This document shows, piece by piece, positions 40,894 through 51,325 of a stretch of DNA of 64,000 nt. The notes below the pieces were generated by a model. The model saw only the letters and a list, made by a program, of their open reading frames with translations. It was not told the DNA's origin and did no database searches. Position 1 is the stretch's first letter; each line of letters opens with the position of its first letter. The stretch comes from Chthonomonas calidirosea (GTDB taxonomy: Bacteria; Armatimonadota; Fimbriimonadia; Fimbriimonadales; Fimbriimonadaceae), in the NCBI GenBank assembly GCA_945859975.1, contig CAMAPH010000001.1, positions 1-64,000 of the forward strand, in the 5' to 3' direction. Position numbers and translations under genes: made by a program.

Positions 40894-41219
40894 TAAAGCC
40901 GAGAGCCGTTGGTCACCGGGAAATCTGGCCGGACAAGAACGACGTTGCCATCGGCATCGTTTACGCCGCACACCAATACTTCGGATACAAATCCCGCGAT
41001 TCGCTTTGCGGGAAAGTTTGTGACCGCCATCACTTGTGTCCCAACAAGTTCTTCCGCCAGGTAAAGGGTCGTAATCTGCGCACTCGACTTTCGAATCCCA
41101 AACTCTCCGAAGTCAATCGTCAATTGGTATGCCGGCTTTCGAGCTTCCGGAAACGGAGCAACCTCGACGATAGTTCCCGCCCGTAACTCAATCGCCAAAA
41201 ACTCATCGAACGATGCCAT
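40890..41219 (-). CDS. csaA: CsaA/Trbp111-type tRNA-binding chaperone
   Basis: FPEARKPAY, SSAQIT, NFPAKRIAGFVSEVL. Confidence 0.9.
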   Translation of the reverse strand: MASFDEFLAIELRAGTIVEVAPFPEARKPAYQLTIDFGEFGIRKSSAQITTLYLAEELVGTQVMAVTNFPAKRIAGFVSEVLVCGVNDADGNVVLVRPDFPVTNGSRLY

Positions 41220-41255
41220 CACCAAAGTATGTTCCGGCGGTAATCTCCCGCCGAA

Positions 41256-42248
41256 ATGTCTGAACGCGTTCGATGGGGAATCATGGCAACCGGCGGAATT
41301 GCTCGCCAGTTTGCAAACGGGCTCAAAGAGTCCAAAACGGGAGAGTTGGTAGCGGTCGGTTCGCGGTCCGATGAGGGCGCGAAGAAGTTCACCGACCAGT
41401 TCGGCGGAAAACCATACGGGTCATATGACGACTTGCTCGGCGATCCAAATGTGGATGCGGTCTATATTGCAACGCCGCATCACCTTCACATGCAAAACAC
41501 GATCGACGCGGCGCGAGCCGGAAAGGCGATCCTGTGTGAAAAGCCGTTCACGCTCAACGCCCTAGAGGCCGAAACCGCCCTCAAAGTCGTTGACGAAATG
41601 GGTGTTTTCTTCATGGAAGCATTCATGTATCGGTGCGCTCCGCAAACGATCGAAATCAAGAAAATCTTGCGGGATGGCGAAATTGGCCAGGTGCTCCAGG
41701 TGAATTCTGAATTCGGCTTCCAAGCTGGCAAGGACTGGACCAACTTCCGCGCCGACGGCGCGCTGGGCGGCGGCGGACTGATGGACGTCGGTTCCTATTG
41801 CGTTTCCTTCTCTCGACTCGCCGTGGGTGAAGAGCCAAGTACGCACAGTTTCTCTGGCCTCTTTTCCGACAAAGGCTATGACGAATCCTCAGCTGGACTG
41901 CTAGGGTTCCCCAGCGGCGCTGTAGCGCACTTTGGCACCGGAATTCACGTTAGCCTGCGCAACGACGCCCGCGTCTACGGAGAAACCGGACGGCTCTTCG
42001 TCGACGAACCCTGGAAGTGCAGCAGCGGCAAACTCCGCCTAGAACGACACGGCAAGGACCCAATCGAGCAAGAGTTCGTTCTCACGAACAACGAACTGTA
42101 CGCTCTCGAAGCCGACGCTGTCGCTGCCTTCCTTGCTGAAAAAGAGTGCCCGCACATGACTAAAGCGGACACCCTCGGCAATATGCGAACCCTCGATGCT
42201 CTTCGCGCAAGCGCAGGCTTCACCTTTGCGAACGAACTCAAATCATGA
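41256..42248 (+). CDS. Gfo/Idh/MocA family oxidoreductase
   Basis: WGIMATGGIA, VYIATPH, CEKP, GGGLMDVGSY. Confidence 0.93.
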   Translation: MSERVRWGIMATGGIARQFANGLKESKTGELVAVGSRSDEGAKKFTDQFGGKPYGSYDDLLGDPNVDAVYIATPHHLHMQNTIDAARAGKAILCEKPFTLNALEAETALKVVDEMGVFFMEAFMYRCAPQTIEIKKILRDGEIGQVLQVNSEFGFQAGKDWTNFRADGALGGGGLMDVGSYCVSFSRLAVGEEPSTHSFSGLFSDKGYDESSAGLLGFPSGAVAHFGTGIHVSLRNDARVYGETGRLFVDEPWKCSSGKLRLERHGKDPIEQEFVLTNNELYALEADAVAAFLAEKECPHMTKADTLGNMRTLDALRASAGFTFANELKS

Positions 42249-43168
42249 AATACGGAACCGTTCCTCACTTCGATAAGCAAATCTCCCGGCTCGTCATGGG
42301 CGTGATCCCTCTGCCGCAGAACGACAACGAAAAGGCGTTCGCCCTTTTGGATACGTACCGCGCGGCGGGTGGAAACATCATCGACAACAGCTACCACTAC
42401 GGCCCAGGATTCTCCGTCGTGATGAAAGCCTATTACGAAGCACGCGGCGAAGACGCACTGATTCGATTTGATAAAGGCAGCCACCACTACTACGGCCGAG
42501 AGAATTGGAATCGGACGACCCGAGAGGCGATGGACGAAGAGATTCGCGGCAACCTGGAGCGACAGGGCGTTAGCTACAGCGATTTCTATGTTCTCCACCG
42601 TGACAACGAGGCCGTTCCGGCAGGCGAAGTTGTCGAATGGCTGAACGAGCACAAGGATGCAGGTCGAATCAAAGCGTTCGGCGGTAGCAACTGGTCTGCG
42701 GCCCGAATCGCCGAAGCCAACGAGTATGCGGAGAAGCATGGCCTGCAAGGGTTCAGCGCATCGTCTCCAAACCTCAGCTTGGCCCTGGCGAATGAGCCAA
42801 TGTGGACTGGATGCTCGCAGCCAACTCGCGAAGAGCGAGCCTGGTATGCCACTCAACCCGTTGGCCTCTTCTCCTGGTCGAGCGGCGGTGGCGGCTTCTT
42901 CGCTCACCTCGACGAAGTTCCAGACATCATTCGCGTTTATCACAACGAGATCAACTTCGCCCGACGCGAACGCGTTGGACAAATGGCCGCCGAGAAGGGT
43001 GTCACCGGAACCCAGCTTGCGCTCGCTTGGACCCTCAACCAGCCGATCAATGTGTTCGGATTGATCGGCCCTCGAACCGTTGAACAGCTTGAAGACAACC
43101 TGAAGGCGGTTGACATTGAGCTAACGCCCGAAGAGCTGACATGGCTCGAAGACGGCCCAGTCGCCTGA
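42245..43168 (+). CDS. Aldo/keto reductase
   Basis: GGNIID, YVLHRD, FGGSNW, QLALAW, GPRTVEQL. Confidence 0.92.
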   Translation: MKYGTVPHFDKQISRLVMGVIPLPQNDNEKAFALLDTYRAAGGNIIDNSYHYGPGFSVVMKAYYEARGEDALIRFDKGSHHYYGRENWNRTTREAMDEEIRGNLERQGVSYSDFYVLHRDNEAVPAGEVVEWLNEHKDAGRIKAFGGSNWSAARIAEANEYAEKHGLQGFSASSPNLSLALANEPMWTGCSQPTREERAWYATQPVGLFSWSSGGGGFFAHLDEVPDIIRVYHNEINFARRERVGQMAAEKGVTGTQLALAWTLNQPINVFGLIGPRTVEQLEDNLKAVDIELTPEELTWLEDGPVA

Positions 43169-43187
43169 TCCGACTAACCCATCGAAG

Positions 43188-43225
43188 CTGCCGTCACGGA
43201 AATCCGTTGACGGCAGTTTTTGTTT
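43188..43225 (+). terminator. Intrinsic terminator
   Basis: CTGCCGTCA...TGACGGCAG followed by TTTTTGTTT. Confidence 0.8.
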
Positions 43226-43259
43226 GTAATTCGAGGCAATCCAACGTATCCTATGCCTC

Positions 43260-45017
43260 ATGCCCACCTCGTGGCTTTTCGCCGCATCGTTATTGTTCCA
43301 ACCGCAATCGGCACCCACATTTCTAGAAGCCGATGCGAGAAGTATCGTTACCGAGTTAGCCGACCCGAAATACAAGGGCCGCAATTCGATGACCGAGGAC
43401 TTTGCCAACGCGTCCAAGTACTGCGTTGACTGGCTCAAAGCAGCAGGCATTCCACCCGCGGCCAAGAACGGCGAATACGAGCAGCGGTTCACCTTGCAGC
43501 GGGTTGGAGTCGACCCAACCGCATCATCGATCTCTACCAAAGATAAGAAAATTTCTCTCGTGTACGGGACGGATTTCGTTCTGAGCGCTTTCCACACGTT
43601 TTTACGCGAAGTGGAAGCTGTGTTCGTTTGGGTTCCTGCCGGAAAGTCCCTCACCGACGCCCAGCGCCGGAGCTTGCGCGACAAGTTGGTCATCGTCCAT
43701 CCCAGCCAGCAACGCGATAATGCGGCTTTCTTACTAAGCCTTGCCCCGAACACTCCGAACCCGCCGCTTTCAGTTGTTCGATACGCCGAAACCCTCGGCA
43801 ACACCAGCTTGACCGAGCTTGTGATCAAAGACTCGCCACTCAATGCTCCAGGGTTCCGAAACTTTCGGTTGACTAAGGCAGCCGCCGAAAAGCTCGCAAG
43901 CACATACACCTTGCCCGAGTTCTTCGCCCAATCGCCGAACGCAGCAAGCGTTGAAACGATCCCTACCAAGCTCGTTCTCCTAGCAAATTCAAAGATCATC
44001 ACCGAGTTTCCGATGCACAACGTGGTGGCGAAGATTGAGGGATCGGATCCGAAGCTGAAGAATCAAGCGGTTCTGTTCGGCTCGCACCTTGACCATCTCG
44101 GCCTCAGCACGGACGGAAAGGTCCACTTCCCCGGTGCCGACGACAACGCGAGCGGCGTTGCCGCTAGCCTGCTCATTGCGCGCGCATTTAAGAACGCGAC
44201 GATCAAGCCGAAACGAACGATCATCTTTTCGCTCTGGACAGGAGAGGAAACCGGCACGTTTGGCTCGCTTTACTACAGCCGAAATCCGATCGTCAACCTC
44301 AAGGACACCGTTGCTTATCTCAACCTCGACATGGTCGGTCGCGACAGCGACAACCGTCCATTGAACGATGCCGCCGATGACAACCGGGATTCGGTTTATG
44401 CCGGGATCGCCCGACTGAACTCCCCCGATCTCTACAAACTGGTTAAGGAAACCAGCCAAGGCACAAACCTCAACCTGCGAGACGACAAAGACGACCGAAC
44501 TGCCCGCAGCGACACCCGGAACTTCGTGCCGTACGGCGTGCCCTCGCTCAAGGTCTGGACCGGGGAGCACCCCGACTATCACCGTCCCGGCGACACCGCG
44601 GACAAGCTGAACTACGCGAAGATGGTCCGCATCACGCAATGGCTGTATAAGACCGCCGACCGGCTGGCAAACCAGTCCGGGCGACCGGCTTTCTCTGAAG
44701 GGGCCGAGTATCTGCAAGGCCGGTGGACGGCAGCCGCGAACACTGTGGTTCCCGCAACGGCGACGGCGACTTTCACTTTGTTCGAAGTGAATGGAGCGCG
44801 TGAGACGGTGGTTGACCAGATCACCGCTGTCCGCCCAGGCGCATTCCCGATTCGATTCGCCCTGCGCACCGACCCCAAAAAGCTCCGTAAGGATCGAAGC
44901 TACCGAGTCGACGCCATGATGATGGATGGCGCAACCAAGCTGTTCTCCGGAACGGCCGCCAGCTTGACCGGCGACAATGGCCGCCTCACGGCCGTCGAGA
45001 TCGTCGTTCCGGGCTAA
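43260..45017 (+). CDS. Exported M28 family peptidase with C-terminal YbaY-like domain
   Basis: SHLDHLG, GADDNASG, GEE.G..GS, NLDMVGR, DYHRPGD; C-terminal beta domain (FPIRFAL..DP...SYRVDA). Confidence 0.88.
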   Translation: MPTSWLFAASLLFQPQSAPTFLEADARSIVTELADPKYKGRNSMTEDFANASKYCVDWLKAAGIPPAAKNGEYEQRFTLQRVGVDPTASSISTKDKKISLVYGTDFVLSAFHTFLREVEAVFVWVPAGKSLTDAQRRSLRDKLVIVHPSQQRDNAAFLLSLAPNTPNPPLSVVRYAETLGNTSLTELVIKDSPLNAPGFRNFRLTKAAAEKLASTYTLPEFFAQSPNAASVETIPTKLVLLANSKIITEFPMHNVVAKIEGSDPKLKNQAVLFGSHLDHLGLSTDGKVHFPGADDNASGVAASLLIARAFKNATIKPKRTIIFSLWTGEETGTFGSLYYSRNPIVNLKDTVAYLNLDMVGRDSDNRPLNDAADDNRDSVYAGIARLNSPDLYKLVKETSQGTNLNLRDDKDDRTARSDTRNFVPYGVPSLKVWTGEHPDYHRPGDTADKLNYAKMVRITQWLYKTADRLANQSGRPAFSEGAEYLQGRWTAAANTVVPATATATFTLFEVNGARETVVDQITAVRPGAFPIRFALRTDPKKLRKDRSYRVDAMMMDGATKLFSGTAASLTGDNGRLTAVEIVVPG

Positions 45018-45019
45018 GA

Positions 45020-46195
45020 CTATCTACCGGGTCGCTTCGATTGGTTTCGCGAGCGGCCCCGCCGTCCGCCTGGCTTGGGCGGACCGGTGCGGGGCTTGAA
45101 CTTCGGCTTCGCCGGACGCGGGTTCGGGCGGTTTTTCGGAGGCTTTTCTTTTTCTGCTTCTTCTTCTGGTGCCGGAGCTTTTGGCGTGAACGGCAAAGCA
45201 TCGCCGTAAGCCCAAAACGGCGGTAGGGTGCTCAGATCCACCGGCTCGGATGTCGCAACGTCCGTTCGGCGCAGGAGGCATGTAAACGCGCCGGCACCCA
45301 TGCCCTGCTGCGGGAACAGTCGGTAGCACGGAAACTGCGTGTACTCGGATTGGTACGCCGCCAAGTGCGGAACGGGGACGGCTTCCATAAACGGATACTC
45401 ATCTAGCATCCACTCCAGAATCTTTTCGTTCTCTTTGTAGGAGTAGGTGCAAGTCATGTAGAGCAAGTGCCCGCCCGGCTTGAGGGCGTTAATCGCGTTT
45501 CCGGTGATCCGCCGCTGGCGGCTGTGGTTCATGTCCACCATCGAGTTCGTGAACGCCCCGACCGCCTTGTCTCCTTTGGCGATCATCGACTGCCCCGAGC
45601 AGGGCGCGTCCACGATGATGAAGTCAAAGGTCGCCGGGAACTTCTTCGCGTAAACCCGAGGGTCGGCGACCCAAACCTGTGACCGCTCGATTTTGCATCG
45701 GTGCAAGTTGTTGATCAGTGACTCCGTGCGGTTCCGCATCGTCTCGTTGCAGATCAACGCCTCTGGCTGAAACATCCGCCAGGCGAAGATCCCTTTTCCT
45801 CCGGGCGAGGAGCACAGGTCCAAAATCGTCTTAGGCGCTTCCGGGATCGCCATCATGGCCGAAGCCGCGAAGACCGACGAAAAGTCCAGCGAGTAGTAGC
45901 TGCCGCGAGCGTAGAGCGGGTGTTGGGCGGGCTTGAAGGTCTCCTGTAGCCGAATGACAAAGTCTGGCTGCCATGCGGCGGCGCTGACGCGCGGGAAGGT
46001 TCGGATTTCTGGCCGTTCTTCGATCACCAAGATCGCCTTCTCTCGGCTCTGGCCCTCTAGAATCGCCTCGATAAACAGCTCGCGCTCCGCTTCATCCGGG
46101 AAAAGCATGGTTGCAAGCTTCACCATCGGCGGCGTGGCGGTCTTTTTGAGCTTGCCGCCCTTCTTTTTCAGCTTCTCCGTTTTGCGTTGCATCAT
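45020..46195 (-). CDS. RsmB/NOP (RsmF-like) RNA m5C methyltransferase
   Basis: LDLCSSPGGK, VDAPCSG, YMTCT; Lys/Arg/Pro-rich termini. Confidence 0.9.
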   Translation of the reverse strand: MMQRKTEKLKKKGGKLKKTATPPMVKLATMLFPDEAERELFIEAILEGQSREKAILVIEERPEIRTFPRVSAAAWQPDFVIRLQETFKPAQHPLYARGSYYSLDFSSVFAASAMMAIPEAPKTILDLCSSPGGKGIFAWRMFQPEALICNETMRNRTESLINNLHRCKIERSQVWVADPRVYAKKFPATFDFIIVDAPCSGQSMIAKGDKAVGAFTNSMVDMNHSRQRRITGNAINALKPGGHLLYMTCTYSYKENEKILEWMLDEYPFMEAVPVPHLAAYQSEYTQFPCYRLFPQQGMGAGAFTCLLRRTDVATSEPVDLSTLPPFWAYGDALPFTPKAPAPEEEAEKEKPPKNRPNPRPAKPKFKPRTGPPKPGGRRGRSRNQSKRPGR

Positions 46196-46272
46196 CTCGT
46201 TGCCACCATTTCCCCAGGTTCATGATGGCAGGACGATGACACCGAGGAATGCGCGCGGTAACCTGCCGAGCC

Positions 46273-47352
46273 ATGGCTGCTTGGAAAGGGATCATTCACG
46301 CCTACGGCGACCGGATGAACATCAGCAAATCGGTAGCTCCCGTTACGCTTTGCGAAGGCAATACGCCGTTGATTCCGTTGCCGAAGCTTGCTGCCCAAAT
46401 CGCCCCTGGGGCTGAACTCTATGCCAAGTTCGAAGGGCTCAACCCCACCGGTAGCTTCAAAGATCGCGGCATGACGACCGCGATCACGCAGTCCGTGGCC
46501 GATGGCGCTCAAACCGTGATCTGCGCCAGCACGGGCAATACCGCCGCCGCGGCAGCCGCCTACGCCGCCCGAGCGGGGCAAACCTGCGTCGTTCTGATTC
46601 CCGACGGCAAGATCGCCCTGGGCAAGCTGGCCGGGGCGATTGCCTACGGAGCCCGCGTGATTGCGATTGATGGCTCGTTCGACGCTGCGTTGCGGATGGT
46701 TCGGGAAGTGAGCGATCGTGCACCCATCGCTCTCGTGAACTCGGTTAACCCTGCCCGATTAGAAGGGCAGAAGACCGCGGCTTGGGAAGTTTGTGAACAG
46801 CTTGGTGGCTTTCCGGATTGGCTTTGTCTTCCGGTGGGCAATGCGGGCAACATCTCGAGCTACTGGATGGGCTTTTCGGAATGCCCCGGGCCGTGCCGAT
46901 GCGAAGTCTGCCCTCGGCCCAATCGCAAGCCGCAATTGCTCGGTGCCCAGGCCGCAGGTGCCGCGCCGCTGGTCACCGGTCTTCCCTGCCCGAACCCGGA
47001 GACCCGCGCAACCGCTATCCGCATCGGCGCCCCCGCCCGGGCTGAACAGGCTCTGACCGCCATTCGCGAATCGAACGGACAAATGCTCGCCGTCACCGAC
47101 GAGGAGATTTTCCGCGCTTATCACCTCGTCGCGGAGACCGAAGGGGTGTTCTGCGAGCCTTCTTCCGCGGCCGGGCTTGCTGGCCTAAATCAAGCGGTGC
47201 AGAATGGCACTTTAAATCCCGAAGGCAAACGCATTGTCTGCGTCCTCACCGGGCACGGCCTCAAAGACCCCGATTCGGCCGTGGCTGAGGGCGCAGATAT
47301 ACAGAAGGTGGAAGCCAACGTCGATGCACTGCTGAGAGGACTCAACCTATGA
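46273..47352 (+). CDS. thrC: Threonine synthase
   Basis: NPTGSFKDRG, CASTGNT, PVGNAGN, LTGHGLKDP; adjacent to thrB. Confidence 0.96.
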   Translation: MAAWKGIIHAYGDRMNISKSVAPVTLCEGNTPLIPLPKLAAQIAPGAELYAKFEGLNPTGSFKDRGMTTAITQSVADGAQTVICASTGNTAAAAAAYAARAGQTCVVLIPDGKIALGKLAGAIAYGARVIAIDGSFDAALRMVREVSDRAPIALVNSVNPARLEGQKTAAWEVCEQLGGFPDWLCLPVGNAGNISSYWMGFSECPGPCRCEVCPRPNRKPQLLGAQAAGAAPLVTGLPCPNPETRATAIRIGAPARAEQALTAIRESNGQMLAVTDEEIFRAYHLVAETEGVFCEPSSAAGLAGLNQAVQNGTLNPEGKRIVCVLTGHGLKDPDSAVAEGADIQKVEANVDALLRGLNL

Positions 47353-48281
47353 TCCGCGTCCGAATCCCCGCCACCACCGCGAACATCGGCCCTGGCTTTG
47401 ACTGCATGGGCTTGGCGCTGGACCTTTGGAACTCTTTCGAGTTGCACCTTTCCGGCGAAGGTTCGGGCTTCTCTGTGGAGAACCACGGTGAGGGAGCCAG
47501 CGTTCTTGCGACCGACCACACCAACCTGACCGCGACCATTCTGCGAGAAGAACTTGAGCGTTCCGGGGTCGAGCTCAGCGGCCATGCGAAGATCGTTTGC
47601 CACAACGCCATTCCTTGCGCTTCTGGGCTTGGATCAAGTTCCACTGCCACCCTCGCCGGGGTGTTGTTCTCGCAAGCCGTTCTTCGCGCCCAGGCCGGCG
47701 AGGACCCAGCCGAGCTTGACCGAACTCTCGTTTTGGAACGCGCGGTCGAACTCGAGGGGCACGGAGATAACGTCGCCCCGGCCCTGCTCGGAGGGTTTGT
47801 GATCGTGGTTCCAGATGGCGGGCGGGTGCTGACCAAACGCATTCCGCACGTGCCAATCAAAGCGGTGGTCTGCGTGCCGGAGTTCAAATACTTCACCAGC
47901 GAGGCCCGCGCCGCACTGCCGAGCCAGTACAGCAAAGCCGACGCGATTTACAACATCGGCCGCGCCATGCTCGTCGCCGAAGCCCTCCGCGCCGGAGACG
48001 ACACCCTTTTGGCGCAGTCGCTGAACGACCGGATTCACGAGCCCTACCGCCTCCCCGCCATCCCCGGCGCGGTCGCGGCGAAAGAGGCGGCAATGCAAGA
48101 AGGCGCGGTCGCGGTTGCCCTCTCCGGCGCCGGCCCTGGCACCATCGCCTTCGCCCGCCACGGCTTCGACCGAATCGGCCGCGCGATGAACCAAGCCTTC
48201 GCAGCGGCGGGTCTTAAAAGCCGCTACTGGATACTAGACGCCACCGACCAAGGCACCCACATCGGCCGCCTGCCGGTGTGA
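47349..48281 (+). CDS. thrB: Homoserine kinase
   Basis: [32 protein letters not shown]. Confidence 0.96.
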   Translation: MIRVRIPATTANIGPGFDCMGLALDLWNSFELHLSGEGSGFSVENHGEGASVLATDHTNLTATILREELERSGVELSGHAKIVCHNAIPCASGLGSSSTATLAGVLFSQAVLRAQAGEDPAELDRTLVLERAVELEGHGDNVAPALLGGFVIVVPDGGRVLTKRIPHVPIKAVVCVPEFKYFTSEARAALPSQYSKADAIYNIGRAMLVAEALRAGDDTLLAQSLNDRIHEPYRLPAIPGAVAAKEAAMQEGAVAVALSGAGPGTIAFARHGFDRIGRAMNQAFAAAGLKSRYWILDATDQGTHIGRLPV

Positions 48282-48333
48282 GAGTTTCCGGTCGCCGAAT
48301 ACGCCTCCCATCCGGGTAACTTCCCGGACGTCA

Positions 48334-50103
48334 ATGAAGATCAATCCGCCGCAGAATCGACTCGTCACTCCGCTTCCTAAGCTCGGAATTCGGCCGACCA
48401 TTGATGGTCGTTACGGCGGGGTTCGGGAGTCGTTGGAAGAGATCACGATGGCGATGGCGCGTTCGGTGGCCAGCCTAATAAGCGAGACCCTGAAACACAG
48501 CACGGGCGAGCCGGTGGAGTGCGTGATTGCCGACACTTGCATTGGCGGATTTTCTGAGGCGGCGGCTTGCGCGGATAAGTTCCGTCGCGAGGGCGTCGGG
48601 CTGACGCTCACCGTCACGCCTTGCTGGTGCTATGGGTCGGAAACGATGGACGACGACCCGACGATGCCGAAAGCGATTTGGGGCTTTAACGGGACGGACC
48701 GGCCTGGCGCGGTCTATCTTGCGGCAACCCTGAGCGGGCATGCGCAGTTCGGCGTCCCGAGTTTTGGCATTTACGGCCAAGACGTACAAGACCTCGGCGA
48801 TGAGAACGTCCCGACCGACGTGCGCGAACGGCTGTTCCAGTTCGTCCGCGCGGGAGTGGCCGCCTCTACCATGCGGAACACCGCTTATCTCGCCATGGGC
48901 GGCACCAGCATGGGCATCGCTGGAAGCGTGGTAGACGGCGATTTCTTCCGCCGCTACCTGGGCATGCGGGTGGAATCGGTCGACATGAGCGAGTTCACCG
49001 GGCGAATCCAGAACGGCATCTTCGACCACGAAGAGTACGAAAGAGCCCTCACCTGGTGCAAAGAGAACCTGCACGAGGGCGAAGACTTCAACTCGCCCGA
49101 GAAGACCCGCACCCGCGAGCACCTGGATTCCGAGTGGGAAACCAGCATCAAGATGACCCTTATCGCGCGGGACCTAATGATCGGCAACCCGCGCCTGGCC
49201 GAGTTGGGCTACCCCGAACAAGCGCGCGGCCACAACGCCATCGCCGGCGGATTTCAGGGCCAACGGCAATGGACGGACTACAACCCGAATGGCGACTTCC
49301 TGGAAGCGATGCTGTGCAGCAGCTTCGATTGGAACGGCATTCGCCAACCGTTCCTCGTTGCGACCGAGAACGACGCGCTGAACGGTGCCTCGATGCTCTT
49401 TGGCCACCTCCTCACCGGCACCGCGCAGATGTTCAGCGACGTCCGCACCTACTGGTCCCCCGACGCGGTGGAGCGAGTCACCGGATGGCGGCCCGAAAGC
49501 GGCTTCCTGCACCTAATCAACTCCGGCCCGAGCGCCCTGGACTGGACCGGCGAGGGTGGGCTTCAGCCTTGGTGGGAAATGAACGCCGATGACGCGAAGC
49601 GCTGCATCGATTCCACCCGCTTCTGCCCGAGCATCACCGAGTACTTCCCTGGCGGCGGCTGGTCGACCGACTTCACCACTCGCGGCGGATATCCGGTGAC
49701 GATGTTCCGCATCAATCTGGTCCACGGGCTCGGCCCGGTGCTCCAGATTGCGGAAGGCGAAACGATCGAGCTTCCAGAAGAGGTTCACAACGCCCTTGAC
49801 GCTCGCACGAACCCAAGCTGGCCGACGACCTGGTTCCGCCCGCGCGTCACCGGACAAGGGGCGTTTGCCGACGAGTACCAGGTGATGGCGCATTGGGGAG
49901 CGAACCACGGCGCGATCTCGGTCGGCCACATTGGCGCCGACCTCATCACGTTGGCGGCCATGCTCCGAATCCCGGTGGACATGCACAATGTCGAGTCCGC
50001 GCAGGTGTTCCGTCCGGCGGCGTGGCACCGGTTTGGTTCGGGAATGGAGAGCGTCGGCGCAGATTTCCGCGCCTGCGCCAACTACGGCCCTCTCTACGGA
50101 TAA
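48334..50103 (+). CDS. fucI: L-fucose isomerase
   Basis: [14 protein letters not shown] N-terminus, [30 protein letters not shown]. Confidence 0.96.
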   Translation: MKINPPQNRLVTPLPKLGIRPTIDGRYGGVRESLEEITMAMARSVASLISETLKHSTGEPVECVIADTCIGGFSEAAACADKFRREGVGLTLTVTPCWCYGSETMDDDPTMPKAIWGFNGTDRPGAVYLAATLSGHAQFGVPSFGIYGQDVQDLGDENVPTDVRERLFQFVRAGVAASTMRNTAYLAMGGTSMGIAGSVVDGDFFRRYLGMRVESVDMSEFTGRIQNGIFDHEEYERALTWCKENLHEGEDFNSPEKTRTREHLDSEWETSIKMTLIARDLMIGNPRLAELGYPEQARGHNAIAGGFQGQRQWTDYNPNGDFLEAMLCSSFDWNGIRQPFLVATENDALNGASMLFGHLLTGTAQMFSDVRTYWSPDAVERVTGWRPESGFLHLINSGPSALDWTGEGGLQPWWEMNADDAKRCIDSTRFCPSITEYFPGGGWSTDFTTRGGYPVTMFRINLVHGLGPVLQIAEGETIELPEEVHNALDARTNPSWPTTWFRPRVTGQGAFADEYQVMAHWGANHGAISVGHIGADLITLAAMLRIPVDMHNVESAQVFRPAAWHRFGSGMESVGADFRACANYGPLYG

Positions 50104-50111
50104 GGACTTAT

Positions 50112-50142
50112 GGTCCGGGGTCGGAAACCCTAGCCCCGGACC
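50112..50142 (+). terminator. GC-rich hairpin after fucI (no U-tract)
   Basis: GGTCCGGGG/CCCCGGACC 9-bp stem. Confidence 0.45.
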
Positions 50143-50157
50143 GACGGTCTCAGTTGC

Positions 50158-50385
50158 ATGCTCAAGGCATTCCGAGAGAAAAATGGCTTCTCCCTTCTTC
50201 CGCTGATCGTTGGCGTGCTCTACGGCGCGTCACCCCTGGATCTCATTCCAGACCTGATTCCACTCATCGGCTTTGTGGATGACGGAATCATTGTCGGATT
50301 TCTCGGTCTCATCATGGCTTGGCAATGGCTGGGTCGCGGACGACGAGCCCGCACTGCTCAATTGCAGCCCATTCGAGTCCGTTAG
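50158..50385 (+). CDS. YkvA/DUF1232 family membrane protein
   Basis: Y..SPLDLIPDLIPLIGFVDD. Confidence 0.92.
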   Translation: MLKAFREKNGFSLLPLIVGVLYGASPLDLIPDLIPLIGFVDDGIIVGFLGLIMAWQWLGRGRRARTAQLQPIRVR

Positions 50386-50398
50386 GTAAACCTTGCGG

Positions 50399-51088
50399 GT
50401 GAAGCTTAAGTTCGTACTGCCGTGTCTTTTCCTGGTTCAGATGGCCACGGCACAAACCGTCTGCATTGACGCCGGACACCCGAGCGAGGTCGGCATGGGA
50501 ACCAAGGGCAAGGTTCATACCGAAGTCAGCCTCGCTTGGAAGATTGCCAAGGGCCTGCAGAAAGCACTTGAGGCGGAAGGCGTAACGGTCGTTCTGACGA
50601 AATCAGAGGAACTCGAAAAAGTCCTGAATCGACGGCGAGCCGAGATCGCCAACGACGCGAAGGCGGACCTTTTAATTCGACTCCACTGCGACGCCGCATC
50701 TGGCACCGGCTTCGCGGTGTACTACCCCGACCGCACCGGAACCACCAAAGACGGCATCACTGGCCCTAGCAAGGACGTGCTGGCGAAAACCGCGATCGCC
50801 GCGAAGAAGTTTCACGCCGTCTATGCAGCCGCTTTGAAAGGCGCGCAGAAGGATAACGGTCTGAAATCTGATCTTAAGACTGCCATCGGCGCGAAGCAAG
50901 GCGCGCTCACCGGTTCGATTTTCTCCAAAGTCCCGGTTTTGCTCGTCGAGATGTGCGTGCTCACGAACCCCGCAGACGAAGCATTCATTGGTTCCGGTGA
51001 CGGCCAGCAAAAGATCATTTCGGCAATGACGAAAGCAACCCTTGCCGTGGTCAAACCTGCCACCGCGAGCCAAAAAGCCCGGTTATAA
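50399..51088 (+). CDS. N-acetylmuramoyl-L-alanine amidase (Amidase_3)
   Basis: CIDAGH, E, RAEIAN...LHCD, VLLVE; signal peptide. Confidence 0.92.
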   Translation: MKLKFVLPCLFLVQMATAQTVCIDAGHPSEVGMGTKGKVHTEVSLAWKIAKGLQKALEAEGVTVVLTKSEELEKVLNRRRAEIANDAKADLLIRLHCDAASGTGFAVYYPDRTGTTKDGITGPSKDVLAKTAIAAKKFHAVYAAALKGAQKDNGLKSDLKTAIGAKQGALTGSIFSKVPVLLVEMCVLTNPADEAFIGSGDGQQKIISAMTKATLAVVKPATASQKARL

Positions 51089-51098
51089 TAACAGTCAT

Positions 51099-51270
51099 TG
51101 CGAAGGGTGCCCTGTCGTGGGGCATCTGTAAATTGGGGAAAGTCCGGTGAAATTCCGGCACTGTGCCGCAACGGTAGATCGACCTTGGTCGAAAGTCCGA
51201 ATGCCCGCTTCGCAGAAAAGAACAGCGAGTGCTGTCACCTACGAGCATGGGTCCCCGGAGCGGCGCAACG
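51099..51270 (+). ncRNA. Cobalamin (B12) riboswitch, short form
   Basis: GGGAAAGTCCGGTGAAATTCCGGCACTGTGCCGCAACGGTA core and B12-box-like AAGTCCGAA; P1 TGCGAAG/CTTCGCA; L5 GCCGC (51165-51169) complementary to GCGGC (51260-51264); TATAAT at 51084-51089. Confidence 0.9.
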
Positions 51271-51325
51271 TCGCCTCCCTGTCCATTTCTCCGCAACTGA
51301 CGGCCTTACCCGTGTGAGGTTCAGC

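Noticed and set aside
48334..50103. Complete fucose utilisation operon
   Set aside because: Only fucI is present; no kinase, aldolase or permease gene is adjacent
51098..51325. 76-aa N-terminal extension of the pilin in the ORF track
   Set aside because: Region is the riboswitch; the true start is ATG 51326 with an RBS and a short prepilin leader
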